Below are positions 1 to 9,740 of a stretch of 59,354 nucleotides of DNA, in pieces. The DNA is from a virus. Its lineage: Duplodnaviria; Caudoviricetes. The stretch is taken from the IMG/VR virus record IMGVR_UViG_3300020021_000011, positions 1 to 59,354 of that record; one strand, 5' to 3'. The notes beneath the pieces were generated by a model that saw only the letters and a program-made list of their open reading frames with translations, had not been told where the DNA came from and did not search any database. Numbering within the stretch: position 1 is the stretch's first letter; each line of letters starts with the position of its first letter. Position numbers and translations under genes: made by a program.

Positions 1-204
1 ACATGGACTGCTAAATCTGTGATATATAATAATACACCTATTCTTATAACTACTATAGGTTTTATTATAAATGACTCAAAAGATTCTTTAGTAATAGCTT
101 CTACTATAGATCATGAAGATCATTGTATGAAAGGTGATTTGTGTATTATTAAAGCTACAATTAAGTCTATCAAGAAATTACCATTTATGTTTAAGTTTAG
201 GTAA
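1..204 (+). CDS. Hypothetical phage protein, 5'-truncated; probably continues the ORF starting at 59325 across the window junction
   Basis: Frame is open from base 1 (TWTAKSVIYNNTP...). An in-frame GTG start with an AAGGAG SD lies at the other end of the window. Confidence 0.55.
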   Translation, partial: TWTAKSVIYNNTPILITTIGFIINDSKDSLVIASTIDHEDHCMKGDLCIIKATIKSIKKLPFMFKFR

Positions 205-208
205 ATTT

Positions 209-427
209 ATGATAGATATAACTAACTTCACCATGAAGAATGATAAGATTGGTACTACAGTACTTATTAACTTAGTACTTGATATGGATACACATATTAT
301 TGATACAGTGGTATTAAATAAGCTCTATATAGGCTCTAATACTGAACATCTATTACTAATGGCTGAGTTAGAGGGTTATAAATATTACGTTAAGCAGGAT
401 AATAAACTTTTAGTAGGTGGGCAATAA
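209..427 (+). CDS. Hypothetical protein
   Basis: ATG at 209 follows the previous stop; its stop overlaps the polymerase start (TAATG). Confidence 0.55.
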   Translation: MIDITNFTMKNDKIGTTVLINLVLDMDTHIIDTVVLNKLYIGSNTEHLLLMAELEGYKYYVKQDNKLLVGGQ

Positions 428-2490
428 TGCGTATCATAGTGGATATCGAAACAAGTTGGGCTATGGTTAATGGTCGAAGGTATCCACTTCCATTTGAAAC
501 GTCAAACCGTCTGGTTACAGTACAATGGCAGACTGAGAATGGGGATAAAGATATAGTAGTATTCAATCATAATGAATATATTATACAGGGACATGAAAAA
601 GCCAGAGTACAGGCAATGCTTGATTCAGCTACCCTACTTATAGGACATAATATTAAGTTTGATGTTATGTGGCTTAGAGAATGTGGATTTGAGGTTAAAT
701 GTCCATTATATGATACTATGATATCAGAATATATAAGGGCTAAAGGGCTTAAGTTAGACCTCTCTTTAAGGGGGAGCGCCGAGCGTAGAGGACTTACACC
801 CAAGCTGGATATACTGTCTAAATATATGGATGAAGGCGTTAACACTGATAGTATTCCTTTAAAAGAACTATGTGAATATGCTTTAGGTGATTGTCAGACT
901 ACATGGGAGTTATACAAATGGCAACAGGAGAATCCTCTTGCGGGAACTGCTAATGTAGAACAAATGATGAATGAGTTTGTGGACGTACTAATAACTATGG
1001 AACGTAATGGTACTTGTATAGATTTAGAGAAGCTTAATGAGATACAGACACAATATGAGCAGGAGTTTGTAGTCCTTGAGGCTAAGTTACAGGAACAGGT
1101 AAGAGATGTAATGGGGGATATGCCATTTAACCTTAGCTCAGGTGAACAGCTATCTCAGGTTATATATTCTCGTAAGATAAAGAATAAGACTGTATGGCGT
1201 GACTTATTTAATATAGGTACGGAGCTACGAGGTGCTGTATATAAGAAGAAACGTATATTTAAGATGTCTGACAATAAGTTTAAAGAGATTATACGTGACC
1301 AGACTAATAAAGTATTCCGTACAACACAATATATATGTGAGACATGTCACGGTAAAGGATTTATACGTAAGGTTAAGAAAGATGGTACTGAGTTTAAGAA
1401 AGATAATAGATGTTCATCCTGTAATGCTACTGGCTTTTGGTATATCAACGATACTCGCGTTGCTGGTTTCAGGATTACTCCAAAGAATACTGATTATATA
1501 TCAGATGGTGGGTTTTCTACTAATAAGAAGTTATTGTTAACATTAATGGATGATTCTAAGATAAATGATAAAGCTAAAGTATTCTTAAAGAACTATATGC
1601 GTTATGGGGCTATAAGTAGTTATCTTACTTCATTTGTGGATGGTATAAAGAATAATTGTAAAGGAAATATACTTCATGTCAACTTCAATCAATGTATTAC
1701 TGCTACTGCAAGACTTAGCTCAAGTAATCCTAACTTTCAGAATCTACCAAGGGATAAACAATTTCCAATCAGACAGACAATCATATCACGTTGGAAATCT
1801 GGTACTATCCTTGATTGTGATCTGGCTCAGCTTGAGTTTAGAGTGGCGGCTATTCTTTCAGGGGATTTAAAGGCAAGACAAGACATACTAGATGGGGTAG
1901 ATGTACATTCATACACAAGTAAGGTATTAACTGATGCAGGACAAGAGACTAATAGACAAGATGCGAAGTCACACACGTTCAAGCCTCTCTTTGGCGGGTT
2001 ATCTGGGACTGCCGCAGAAGTGGCTTACTACACCGCATTCCTTGATAAGTACTCACGCATTAAGGCATGGCATGATGAACTGTCAGACGAAGCTATTGCA
2101 AATAAAGAGATTATCAGTAAATCAGGAAGAATATATGCTTTCCCCACTGCTACAAGACAGAAGAATGGGAAGTCAAGTCAGTTTACACAAATAGTTAATT
2201 ACTGTGTTCAGGGATTTGCTACAGGCGATATTACACCGTGCATCATGATAGAAATGCAGAAAGAGATTATAGAACAGGGACTTAAAAGCTTAATAATATT
2301 AACTGTACACGATTCTGTAACAGCAGATGTTTATCCTGGGGAAGAAGAAGAAATGATTAAATTGTTTAAGAAAGTATTTGACAAAATACCTGAAATACTA
2401 TATAATAGGTTCTCGATTAAGATAGATATACCTATTGGGTATGAGTTAAAGATTGGTAGTAATTGGAGTTCAACAAAAAAGGTAGCATAA
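427..2490 (+). CDS. polA: DNA polymerase family A with 3'-5' exonuclease domain and DnaJ-type zinc-finger insertion
   Basis: Exo motifs DIETS, GHNIKFD, YALGD; TARLSSSNPNFQN; motif A DLAQLEFR; motif B RQDAKSHTF; motif C TVHDS; insert CETCHGKG...CSSCNATG. Confidence 0.97.
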   Translation: MRIIVDIETSWAMVNGRRYPLPFETSNRLVTVQWQTENGDKDIVVFNHNEYIIQGHEKARVQAMLDSATLLIGHNIKFDVMWLRECGFEVKCPLYDTMISEYIRAKGLKLDLSLRGSAERRGLTPKLDILSKYMDEGVNTDSIPLKELCEYALGDCQTTWELYKWQQENPLAGTANVEQMMNEFVDVLITMERNGTCIDLEKLNEIQTQYEQEFVVLEAKLQEQVRDVMGDMPFNLSSGEQLSQVIYSRKIKNKTVWRDLFNIGTELRGAVYKKKRIFKMSDNKFKEIIRDQTNKVFRTTQYICETCHGKGFIRKVKKDGTEFKKDNRCSSCNATGFWYINDTRVAGFRITPKNTDYISDGGFSTNKKLLLTLMDDSKINDKAKVFLKNYMRYGAISSYLTSFVDGIKNNCKGNILHVNFNQCITATARLSSSNPNFQNLPRDKQFPIRQTIISRWKSGTILDCDLAQLEFRVAAILSGDLKARQDILDGVDVHSYTSKVLTDAGQETNRQDAKSHTFKPLFGGLSGTAAEVAYYTAFLDKYSRIKAWHDELSDEAIANKEIISKSGRIYAFPTATRQKNGKSSQFTQIVNYCVQGFATGDITPCIMIEMQKEIIEQGLKSLIILTVHDSVTADVYPGEEEEMIKLFKKVFDKIPEILYNRFSIKIDIPIGYELKIGSNWSSTKKVA
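2378..2406 (+). promoter_or_regulatory. Sigma70-type promoter inside the polymerase 3' end, upstream of the SSB gene
   Basis: TTGACA (2378-2383), 17 nt, TATAAT (2401-2406): exact consensus. Confidence 0.8.
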
Positions 2491-2492
2491 AT

Positions 2493-3308
2493 ATGAGTAA
2501 AGCAGCAGCTAAATTAACGGAATCAGAAGAATATCTACAGCGTAAAATGCGTAAGACTGAGGAAAACCTTAAGTCACCATCTAAGAAACTTATCATTAAT
2601 ACATCAGCTATTGATGAGAATGGGAAGTCTATTAAACAGCATGTAGGTACTTTTCATATTGTGGGTACAGACTTGTATTCTGAAACTATCAGGTTTCGCC
2701 CATTATCCGCACTTAATAAACTTATTAAGATGACTAAAGGTAAGACTAAAGAAGGTACTGATACATGGAATTATGTAAATCAGACTATATTGTTTAGTAA
2801 CTATGGTGAAGTTATCTATGATGCTAAAGGTGGCACAGCTTGTGGTAAAGTATTCGGTGATGCACGTAAAGCCTTATCTCCAGCACAGGCAGAAGCTAAT
2901 AATGAGAAAGCTAAAAGCTTCATGTATCTATTCGGACTTGCTCAGTTTCCAGGTGAGAAAGAATGGCACTTCGTAGATCTTCGTGTTGGTGGTAAGCGTA
3001 TTATGGTTATAAGTGATGCTATATCTAATAAGAATATAGGTAAAACACACTTCATGAGTCAGTTTATTTATGATATGACTTGTATTGCTCAAGCAGCTAC
3101 TATTCATCCTAATCTTGAAATGAGATTGGATCAGAAAGCTGGTATACAGGATATAGCTAGTATTATTGATTATGATAATCAGATTAGTAACTATGTAGAA
3201 GAGCATAACTCCAGGATTATGGCTACCTTTAAGAAGTATAGCACACAAGCCGGCGCTATTGTTGAAGATGAAGAAGAAATTAATATTGATATTGGTGATG
3301 ACGAATAA
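2493..3308 (+). CDS. Probable single-stranded DNA-binding protein
   Basis: Lies between polymerase and exonuclease; acidic C-terminal tail (EDEEEINIDIGDDE); own promoter. Start moved to ATG 2493. Confidence 0.65.
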   Translation: MSKAAAKLTESEEYLQRKMRKTEENLKSPSKKLIINTSAIDENGKSIKQHVGTFHIVGTDLYSETIRFRPLSALNKLIKMTKGKTKEGTDTWNYVNQTILFSNYGEVIYDAKGGTACGKVFGDARKALSPAQAEANNEKAKSFMYLFGLAQFPGEKEWHFVDLRVGGKRIMVISDAISNKNIGKTHFMSQFIYDMTCIAQAATIHPNLEMRLDQKAGIQDIASIIDYDNQISNYVEEHNSRIMATFKKYSTQAGAIVEDEEEINIDIGDDE

Positions 3309-3333
3309 TTAACATTTAATAAAAGGATTTAAT

Positions 3334-3645
3334 ATGGCTACTAAGAAAAAGACTGCTACTATTGTAGATAAACTTGCATGTAATGAAGCTGCTAATATTG
3401 GTATAGATGTAACTAATTCACTAAATAATACGTCTAATGACTACAGACGTAGTGAAGCTTTGTCTATTGCTGTACGACTATTTACAGACACACCATTCAG
3501 GGAGATGCTAGAACCTAGAGTAGTAGGTGGTGAAATCCCAGATGTGCCTTTCTATAGTCTAACTACAGAGATTTATGAATTCCTTAAAACTGGTAAGTTT
3601 ACAGGATATAATAAGTTTCTTGAAAAGCAGAAAGATGCTGCATAA
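3334..3645 (+). CDS. Hypothetical protein
   Basis: 103-aa ORF with AAGGA SD. Confidence 0.7.
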   Translation: MATKKKTATIVDKLACNEAANIGIDVTNSLNNTSNDYRRSEALSIAVRLFTDTPFREMLEPRVVGGEIPDVPFYSLTTEIYEFLKTGKFTGYNKFLEKQKDAA

Positions 3646-3718
3646 GAGATAGCCTCACTGGATAGGCTAAGTATGATGTGGTATTACCGTAGTAATTTAA
3701 AATGAGGAATTAGTCTTT

Positions 3719-4636
3719 ATGCCACATTATATTGAAGAAGCTATATATAAGTTTGTATCAAGCCCTAAGAAGCTTGACGATGATAAAGCATCGCTTATCA
3801 CGGGAAATAACAATATAAAAGATAGTTTACTAAAAGAACTCAGCTCAGAGTTTGCTGACAGAATCAAGGAAAGTACCATAAGACGGTACAGTAAGGATAA
3901 AGATGAGTCCTCTTTTAGTATTCGTATGTCTAATATTGGTCTGCCTATTCGCCAGCTGTGTCTCCAACGTGATAACGGAAGGGTCTCGAATCAGTCTTTT
4001 GCTATTAGTGGCTTTTATGGTGATATGCTTGAACATTTTACTTTGTTTCTATTAAAAGCTAGTGGTATTAATGTACAGGAAACTAATAAGAAGACTATAT
4101 TGGATGTTAATGGATACAAGATCCCCGGTGAACTAGATTTAATTATAGATGGTTCTGTATGGGATGTTAAGTCTGCATCTGATTACTCTTATGATATTAA
4201 GTTTGAATCTTATAAGTCTTTAGAAGATAATGATTCATTTGGGTATCTAGCACAGTTATTCGGATACGCAATGGCTGAGAATGTTCCTGTAGGTGGATGG
4301 ATAGTAATTAATAAAGCTAAAGGATTGATTAAAGTAGTACCAGTTCCTATTTCTATACAGAAAGCTTATAAACTCAAGTATATGCAAGAATTTGATGATA
4401 AGATAAAGCATATAACTACTGGCAAAGCTCCCCCACCATGTACTGGCGTCATTAAGGAGCAGTTTTACAAAAAAGATACAGGTAATTTAATACTTAATAG
4501 AGATTGTTTTTATTGTAACTATAAACAGCATTGTCATGAAAAATGCACACCATTAGATGATGTTAACTCTATTGCGCAAAAGAAAACACTTAAATATTAT
4601 ATAGGGGATATAAAATATCGTAATGCCAATGCTTAA
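3719..4636 (+). CDS. PD-(D/E)XK (Cas4-like) exonuclease
   Basis: IRMSNIG, GELDLIIDGSVWDVKSAS, GYLAQLFGY, C-terminal CFYCNYKQHC. Confidence 0.88.
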   Translation: MPHYIEEAIYKFVSSPKKLDDDKASLITGNNNIKDSLLKELSSEFADRIKESTIRRYSKDKDESSFSIRMSNIGLPIRQLCLQRDNGRVSNQSFAISGFYGDMLEHFTLFLLKASGINVQETNKKTILDVNGYKIPGELDLIIDGSVWDVKSASDYSYDIKFESYKSLEDNDSFGYLAQLFGYAMAENVPVGGWIVINKAKGLIKVVPVPISIQKAYKLKYMQEFDDKIKHITTGKAPPPCTGVIKEQFYKKDTGNLILNRDCFYCNYKQHCHEKCTPLDDVNSIAQKKTLKYYIGDIKYRNANA

Positions 4637-5024
4637 AGGTTATAAATATAAATATTGTAAACAAGGGCATTTAATGTCTGAGAATGCTAAATCTAGTGGA
4701 AGAAAACGTAGATGTAAAATTTGTAATACTAAATCGTCTAAAGCAAGTGCATTAAGACTTAATTATAATATGACTATTGCAGATTTAGAAGCTATGAAAG
4801 TTGCACAAGATAATAAATGTGCCATATGTAAAGAAGTATTTATATTATCAAAGAATTGTCATATAGATCATGATCATAATTATGGAACCATTAGAGGATT
4901 GTTATGTTCTCATTGTAATCAGGGCTTAGGACATTTTAAAGATAACCCCCTTACACTAAAGATTGCTATAAATTATTTATTAGATAATATGAAGGAATTA
5001 ACAGAATGTCACTTAGACCGCTAG
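4623..5024 (+). CDS. Endonuclease VII-like (HNH superfamily) endonuclease
   Basis: QDNKCAIC...HIDHDH...IRGLLCSHCNQGLGHFKD. Confidence 0.9.
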   Translation: MPMLKGYKYKYCKQGHLMSENAKSSGRKRRCKICNTKSSKASALRLNYNMTIADLEAMKVAQDNKCAICKEVFILSKNCHIDHDHNYGTIRGLLCSHCNQGLGHFKDNPLTLKIAINYLLDNMKELTECHLDR

Positions 5025-5361
5025 CTAAATCAATACAAGAGTTGTCTATTACCTTTGATCTACTTGGACTTGATTATCCAAGGCTGACAATAGATGTAGA
5101 TTCATATAGTAAACTATTAACTGAACTAGGCCTTAAGGGGTTACAAAGTCTGTACGGAATAGAAATAGAGGTGGTATGATATATAAGATAACATGCCTTA
5201 TAGGTAAGAAAGAGGAAACTAAGACTGTGTATACTAAAGGGGACGCAGTAGCTCATTATAGACTTAGACTAAGTGAAATGAGTTTTCCAGATGAAATATA
5301 TGTAGAAGAACTTAATGACGGAGAATAAGAATGTGGTGTAATTTAATAATGGAGGCGGCCT

Positions 5362-5562
5362 ATCCCAAGTCGTAGTCGTGCGCAGGCAAGATATATGGAG
5401 GAACTTCTTAACAATCCTCATAAAATTAAGCACTCAGGATTTACTCATGATGAAGTAAAGGAATGGGTAGAAGCTGATCGTGCTGGTGGTACTAAGAAGT
5501 TACCAGAACATACTAAGAAAAGTAGAAGTCCGAATTCTATTAATCAGCTATTGAAGAAATAA
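5362..5562 (+). CDS. Small conserved-type phage protein (PSRSRAQARYM...KKLPEH), apparent ATC start
   Basis: GGAGG at 5351-5355, 6 nt before ATC; in-frame stop at 5347; 66 open codons. Not in the ORF track. Confidence 0.6.
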   Translation: MPSRSRAQARYMEELLNNPHKIKHSGFTHDEVKEWVEADRAGGTKKLPEHTKKSRSPNSINQLLKK

Positions 5563-5680
5563 TATGCATTTCCCTTTATATTATATTTATATACCATTAA
5601 TCCTGTTATATATAAGTATCATGTGTTACTACTGGAATAGAGACTAATATTAATAATTAATAAATAGAAAGGTTAATTTT

Positions 5681-5827
5681 ATGGCTGCAATACAACGTGG
5701 AAACAAGGGAACTCCTAAAATGGTTAATAAACTCCCTAAAGCTCGCGCCCCAAAGGTTAATTTAAAAGTACCTAAAGCTGTAACTGCCTCTAAAGTAAGA
5801 CAGCCTAAACCTGAATTACAGGAATAG
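5681..5827 (+). CDS. Small Lys/Pro-rich basic protein (48 aa)
   Basis: MAAIQRGNKGTPKMVNKLPKARAPK...; AAAGG SD; stop lies 1 nt before the nrdB start. Confidence 0.6.
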   Translation: MAAIQRGNKGTPKMVNKLPKARAPKVNLKVPKAVTASKVRQPKPELQE

Positions 5828-5828
5828 T

Positions 5829-6821
5829 ATGTCATTATTAAAGGAACGAATTGGTTATAAGCCTTTTAAATATGATTGGGCATATGAAGCTTGGCGTACC
5901 CAACAGTCTATACATTGGCTAGCTGATGAAGTTCCACTAGCTGATGATGTAAAAGACTGGAATAGTAAATTGTCTGTAGAAGAAAAGAATCTTCTTACTC
6001 ATATATTCAGGTTCTTTACTCAGGCAGATATAGAAGTCAATAACTGTTACATGACTAAATACGCCTCTGTATTTAAGCCTACAGAAGTAAAGATGATGCT
6101 TGCAGCTTTTGCTAATGCAGAAACTATACATATTGATGCTTATAGTCACCTGCTTGATACAGTAAGTATGCCAGAAGTAGAATATTCTGCATTCATGAAA
6201 TATAAAGCAATGAAGGATAAGTATGACTATCTGCATAGAGATACTCCTGATACTATTAGTGACTTGCTCATTACGCTAGCTACCTTTGGGGCATTTACAG
6301 AAGGTGTATCATTATTTAGTTCATTTGCTATGCTACTTAACTTTACCAGACAGAATAAAATGAAAGGTATGGGGCAGATAATAGCATGGTCTGTAAGAGA
6401 TGAAAGCCTTCATTGTGAGAGTATTATAAAGCTATTCCTTACATTACTTAAAGAGAATAGTAAAGATATAGATAGAGATGTACTTCATATAAAGATACTT
6501 GAAGTAGCAGAAGCTATAATACAACAGGAAGATGCTTTTATTGACTTAGCATTTGAAATGGGTGGAATAGAGGGTCTTACAGCAGATGAAATGAAGCAAT
6601 ATATTCGTTTTATAGCTGATAGGCGTTTATTACAGTTGAAATATAAACCATACTTTAAAGTCACCAAAAACCCTTTACCTTGGTTGGAAGAAATATTAAA
6701 TGGAAAAGAACACGGCAACTTCTTTGAAACAAGAGTCACAGAATATAGTAAATCAGCAACAACAGGTACATGGGAAGATGCGTTTGACTTTGGATCACTT
6801 CAGAGACTCTCTGCTCACTGA
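5829..6821 (+). CDS. nrdB: Ribonucleotide reductase class I beta subunit
   Basis: HWLADEV, FFTQAD, ETIHIDAY, EGVSLFSSF, RDESLH, NFFETRVTEY. Confidence 0.97.
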   Translation: MSLLKERIGYKPFKYDWAYEAWRTQQSIHWLADEVPLADDVKDWNSKLSVEEKNLLTHIFRFFTQADIEVNNCYMTKYASVFKPTEVKMMLAAFANAETIHIDAYSHLLDTVSMPEVEYSAFMKYKAMKDKYDYLHRDTPDTISDLLITLATFGAFTEGVSLFSSFAMLLNFTRQNKMKGMGQIIAWSVRDESLHCESIIKLFLTLLKENSKDIDRDVLHIKILEVAEAIIQQEDAFIDLAFEMGGIEGLTADEMKQYIRFIADRRLLQLKYKPYFKVTKNPLPWLEEILNGKEHGNFFETRVTEYSKSATTGTWEDAFDFGSLQRLSAH

Positions 6822-8520
6822 TTTCGGAAAAGCTACTTTATTAGATAGATATGTGTTAGAGGGTGAACCCCCGCAGGAACTATTTAGTAGAGTAGCCTTA
6901 GCTTTTGCTGATAATAAAGAACATGCACAGAGGTTATATGATTATATTTCACAACATTGGTTTATGCCTTCAACTCCTATTCTCAGTAATGGTGGTACTA
7001 AGCGCGGGCTGCCTATTAGCTGTTTTCTTAATGAAACTGATGACTCTCTTCTAGGAATTGTTAATCTATGGAATGAGAATGTCTGGCTTGCATCAAGTGG
7101 TGGGGGGATTGGTTCATACTGGGGAAACTTACGAGGGATGGGTGAAACGGTTGGGCAGAGGGGGGAGACATGTGGCATCGTGCCATTCATCAAAGTCATG
7201 GATTCACAAACTCTTGCAATTAGCCAAGGTAGTCTTCGTAGGGGCAGTGCTGCTGTTTATATACCGATTCATCATCCAGAAATAGAAGAATTCATTGATC
7301 TACGTAGACCGACAGGTGGAGACCCGCGTAGGAAAGCACAAGATCTGCATCACGGTATCTGTATAGATAATAAGTTTATGGAGGCTGTAGAAATAGATGA
7401 TGAGTATGAATTACTTAGTCCTAAAACTAAACAACCAATTAAATCTATTAATGCCCGTAGTCTGTGGATTAAACTTCTTACTACTAGACTTGAGACTGGT
7501 GAACCATATATTATATTTACTGATACTGTAAATGAGTTAAGATCTGATATATATAAGAGACTTAATCTTAATGTTAAGATGAGTAATCTTTGTTCTGAGA
7601 TCATGCTTGCTACAGGTAAAGACTATAATAACATGGATAGAACTGCTGTATGTTGTTTGAGTTCAGTTAATCTGGATTATTATGATTCCTATAAAGACAA
7701 TGAACAGTTCTTTGAAGATATACTTAAATTCTTGGATAATGTACTTACAGACTTTATAAATAATGCTCCTACTACTATGTCTAAAGCTACTTATGCTGCT
7801 TGGTGTGAAAGAAGTATTGGTTTAGGAGTAATGGGATTTCATTCTTATCTACAGAGTAAAGGCTTACCATTTGACTGTGCCATGGCTAAGTCTACTAATA
7901 TCAATATATTCAAGAATATAAGTAATAAATGTAATAAACTTAATATAAAGCTTGGTAAAGAACGTGGGGCCTGCCCTGATGGATTAGAATCGGGCATACC
8001 TAAAAGGTTTGCTAATGTTACTGCTATTGCACCCACTGCTTCTATATCTATAATAGCTGGTACTACTTCTCCTGGTATTGATCCGTGGACTGCTAATAGC
8101 TTCACACAGAAGACACTTAGCGGAAGCTTTAATGTCCGCAATCCTCATTTAGTTAAGTTATTGCAATCTAAGGATAAAGATACTAAAGAAGTATGGAGTA
8201 AGATAACTAGGGATGAAGGTTCTGTACAGGATTTAAACTTCTTAACTCAAGAAGAGAAAGATTTATTTAAGACTGCCTTAGAGTTAAATCCATACTGGAT
8301 TATTGAACATGCTGCTGATAGGACTCCTTATATAGATCAATCTCAATCTGTTAATATATGGCTACCAGCTAATATTAATAAGAAAGACCTAAACTTTGTG
8401 CATTATCTAGCATGGAAGAAAGGATTAAAGAGCTTATATTATTGTCGTAGTACTACTATTCAATCAGCAGATAAGATAAGTAAACAGATATCTTATGAGG
8501 AGTGCCTAAGTTGTCAGTAG
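6778..8520 (+). CDS. nrdA: Ribonucleotide reductase class I alpha subunit, no ATP-cone
   Basis: STPILSN, PISCF, SNLCSEI, IAPTASIS, KSLYY, C-terminal CLSCQ. Start placed at ATG 6778 (MRLTLD). Confidence 0.96.
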   Translation: MRLTLDHFRDSLLTDFGKATLLDRYVLEGEPPQELFSRVALAFADNKEHAQRLYDYISQHWFMPSTPILSNGGTKRGLPISCFLNETDDSLLGIVNLWNENVWLASSGGGIGSYWGNLRGMGETVGQRGETCGIVPFIKVMDSQTLAISQGSLRRGSAAVYIPIHHPEIEEFIDLRRPTGGDPRRKAQDLHHGICIDNKFMEAVEIDDEYELLSPKTKQPIKSINARSLWIKLLTTRLETGEPYIIFTDTVNELRSDIYKRLNLNVKMSNLCSEIMLATGKDYNNMDRTAVCCLSSVNLDYYDSYKDNEQFFEDILKFLDNVLTDFINNAPTTMSKATYAAWCERSIGLGVMGFHSYLQSKGLPFDCAMAKSTNINIFKNISNKCNKLNIKLGKERGACPDGLESGIPKRFANVTAIAPTASISIIAGTTSPGIDPWTANSFTQKTLSGSFNVRNPHLVKLLQSKDKDTKEVWSKITRDEGSVQDLNFLTQEEKDLFKTALELNPYWIIEHAADRTPYIDQSQSVNIWLPANINKKDLNFVHYLAWKKGLKSLYYCRSTTIQSADKISKQISYEECLSCQ

Positions 8521-8711
8521 AAGATATCTTTAACTTATGCCTAAATAATAGATGGGCTACTCAAATTACTTATTTACCACACAAGGAAACACCTCATTTT
8601 ATATTTAAAGTAAAAGATGAGAAGTTACATAGAGATACCAGGTTAATAAAAGCCACTACATTAGAAGATATGTATATTTATTATTTAGAATTAGAGGAGA
8701 AATGGCAGTGA
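8502..8711 (+). CDS. Hypothetical protein
   Basis: GTG start with GAGGA upstream, overlapping the nrdA end. Confidence 0.55.
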   Translation: MPKLSVEDIFNLCLNNRWATQITYLPHKETPHFIFKVKDEKLHRDTRLIKATTLEDMYIYYLELEEKWQ

Positions 8712-8861
8712 ACTGGAGAGACCCTAATGCCTTGTATAAATGGCGTAATGAACTAGATGAAGATCATGCGTATTGCTGGGATGTACCAACTGGTGATATA
8801 GATGCTTTATTAAAGAATTATATAGAATTAATGTTAGAATGTCAGAAAAGAGGAATAATAT

Positions 8862-9050
8862 ATGGTTAAGGATAAAAAAGAAGTTGACAATAAACCTAAA
8901 AAGAAGTATAATGTTAATCGTAGAGGATTCCATACCTCCAATATGACACAGGATATGAAGAAAGATCAGTTTGCTCCTAAGAGAGTAATCACACTAACTA
9001 CTAACGCTGAAGCACCATCTGGGGAGCAGGGGTTACCTGATTTACACTAA
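8862..9050 (+). CDS. Hypothetical protein
   Basis: 62-aa ORF with GAGGA SD. Confidence 0.55.
   Translation: MVKDKKEVDNKPKKKYNVNRRGFHTSNMTQDMKKDQFAPKRVITLTTNAEAPSGEQGLPDLH
8884..8912 (+). promoter_or_regulatory. Sigma70-type promoter
   Basis: TTGACA, 17 nt, TATAAT: exact consensus. Confidence 0.75.
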
Positions 9051-9362
9051 TGAGATTGACACCTTACATAAACTTTAAATATAATACTCTACCTAATACT
9101 ACTTCTATTATATGTACAGAATGTAAGATGTTATTTAAAACAGATGTAACTAGAGAAGAAGTTTTAGCTGATGAAGCGTTATTTAATATTATAGTAACCT
9201 GTAAAGATCATGAGGTAGTCGAATAATGCAGAAATACTTATTTATGTGGCGCGGGAATGCTAAAATATATCTATTCCCAGATTATAAATCAGCAGAATCT
9301 CATGCTAATTATATACGAACTGAGTTTAAAATACCAGTAACATTTACTTTACATAAGAAATA

Positions 9363-9740
9363 ATGACACAGATTAAGAAGCCTATATCAGTACAGAGTCG
9401 TAAGCAGAAGGGAAGAGGCCTCCAGAAGCATGTGGTAGCTAGAATACTTCATTACTTTCCTGAACTTAAAGCACAAGATGTTACCAGTCGTTCAATGGGA
9501 GCTGCTGGTGAAGATGTGTTATTAAGTCCTAAAGCCACAGATATGCTTCCTGTAGCCGTTGAGTGTAAGTTCAATAAAGCTATGTCAATATATAAATTCT
9601 ATGAACAGGCTATAACTAATGCTAATGGATTTGAGCCTATAGTAGTAATTAAACAAAATCATTCTAAGCCTCTTGTATTAGTAGACTTAGATGTGTTTCT
9701 AGCCTTAAGTAAACGAGCTTATAATAAGGAATTTAAATAA
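9363..9740 (+). CDS. Holliday junction resolvase-like PD-(D/E)XK nuclease
   Basis: SRKQKGRGLQ, SMGAAGEDV, VECK, EPIVVIKQN. Confidence 0.82.
   Translation: MTQIKKPISVQSRKQKGRGLQKHVVARILHYFPELKAQDVTSRSMGAAGEDVLLSPKATDMLPVAVECKFNKAMSIYKFYEQAITNANGFEPIVVIKQNHSKPLVLVDLDVFLALSKRAYNKEFK

Noticed and set aside
3719-4636. Cas4 as evidence of a CRISPR system
   Set aside because: A stand-alone Cas4-like exonuclease is a normal replication-module gene; no array or other cas genes.
567-8141. Numerous 60-106 aa antisense or alternative-frame ORFs inside polA, SSB, exonuclease, nrdB and nrdA
   Set aside because: They are shadows of well-supported genes, with no SD or recognisable motifs.
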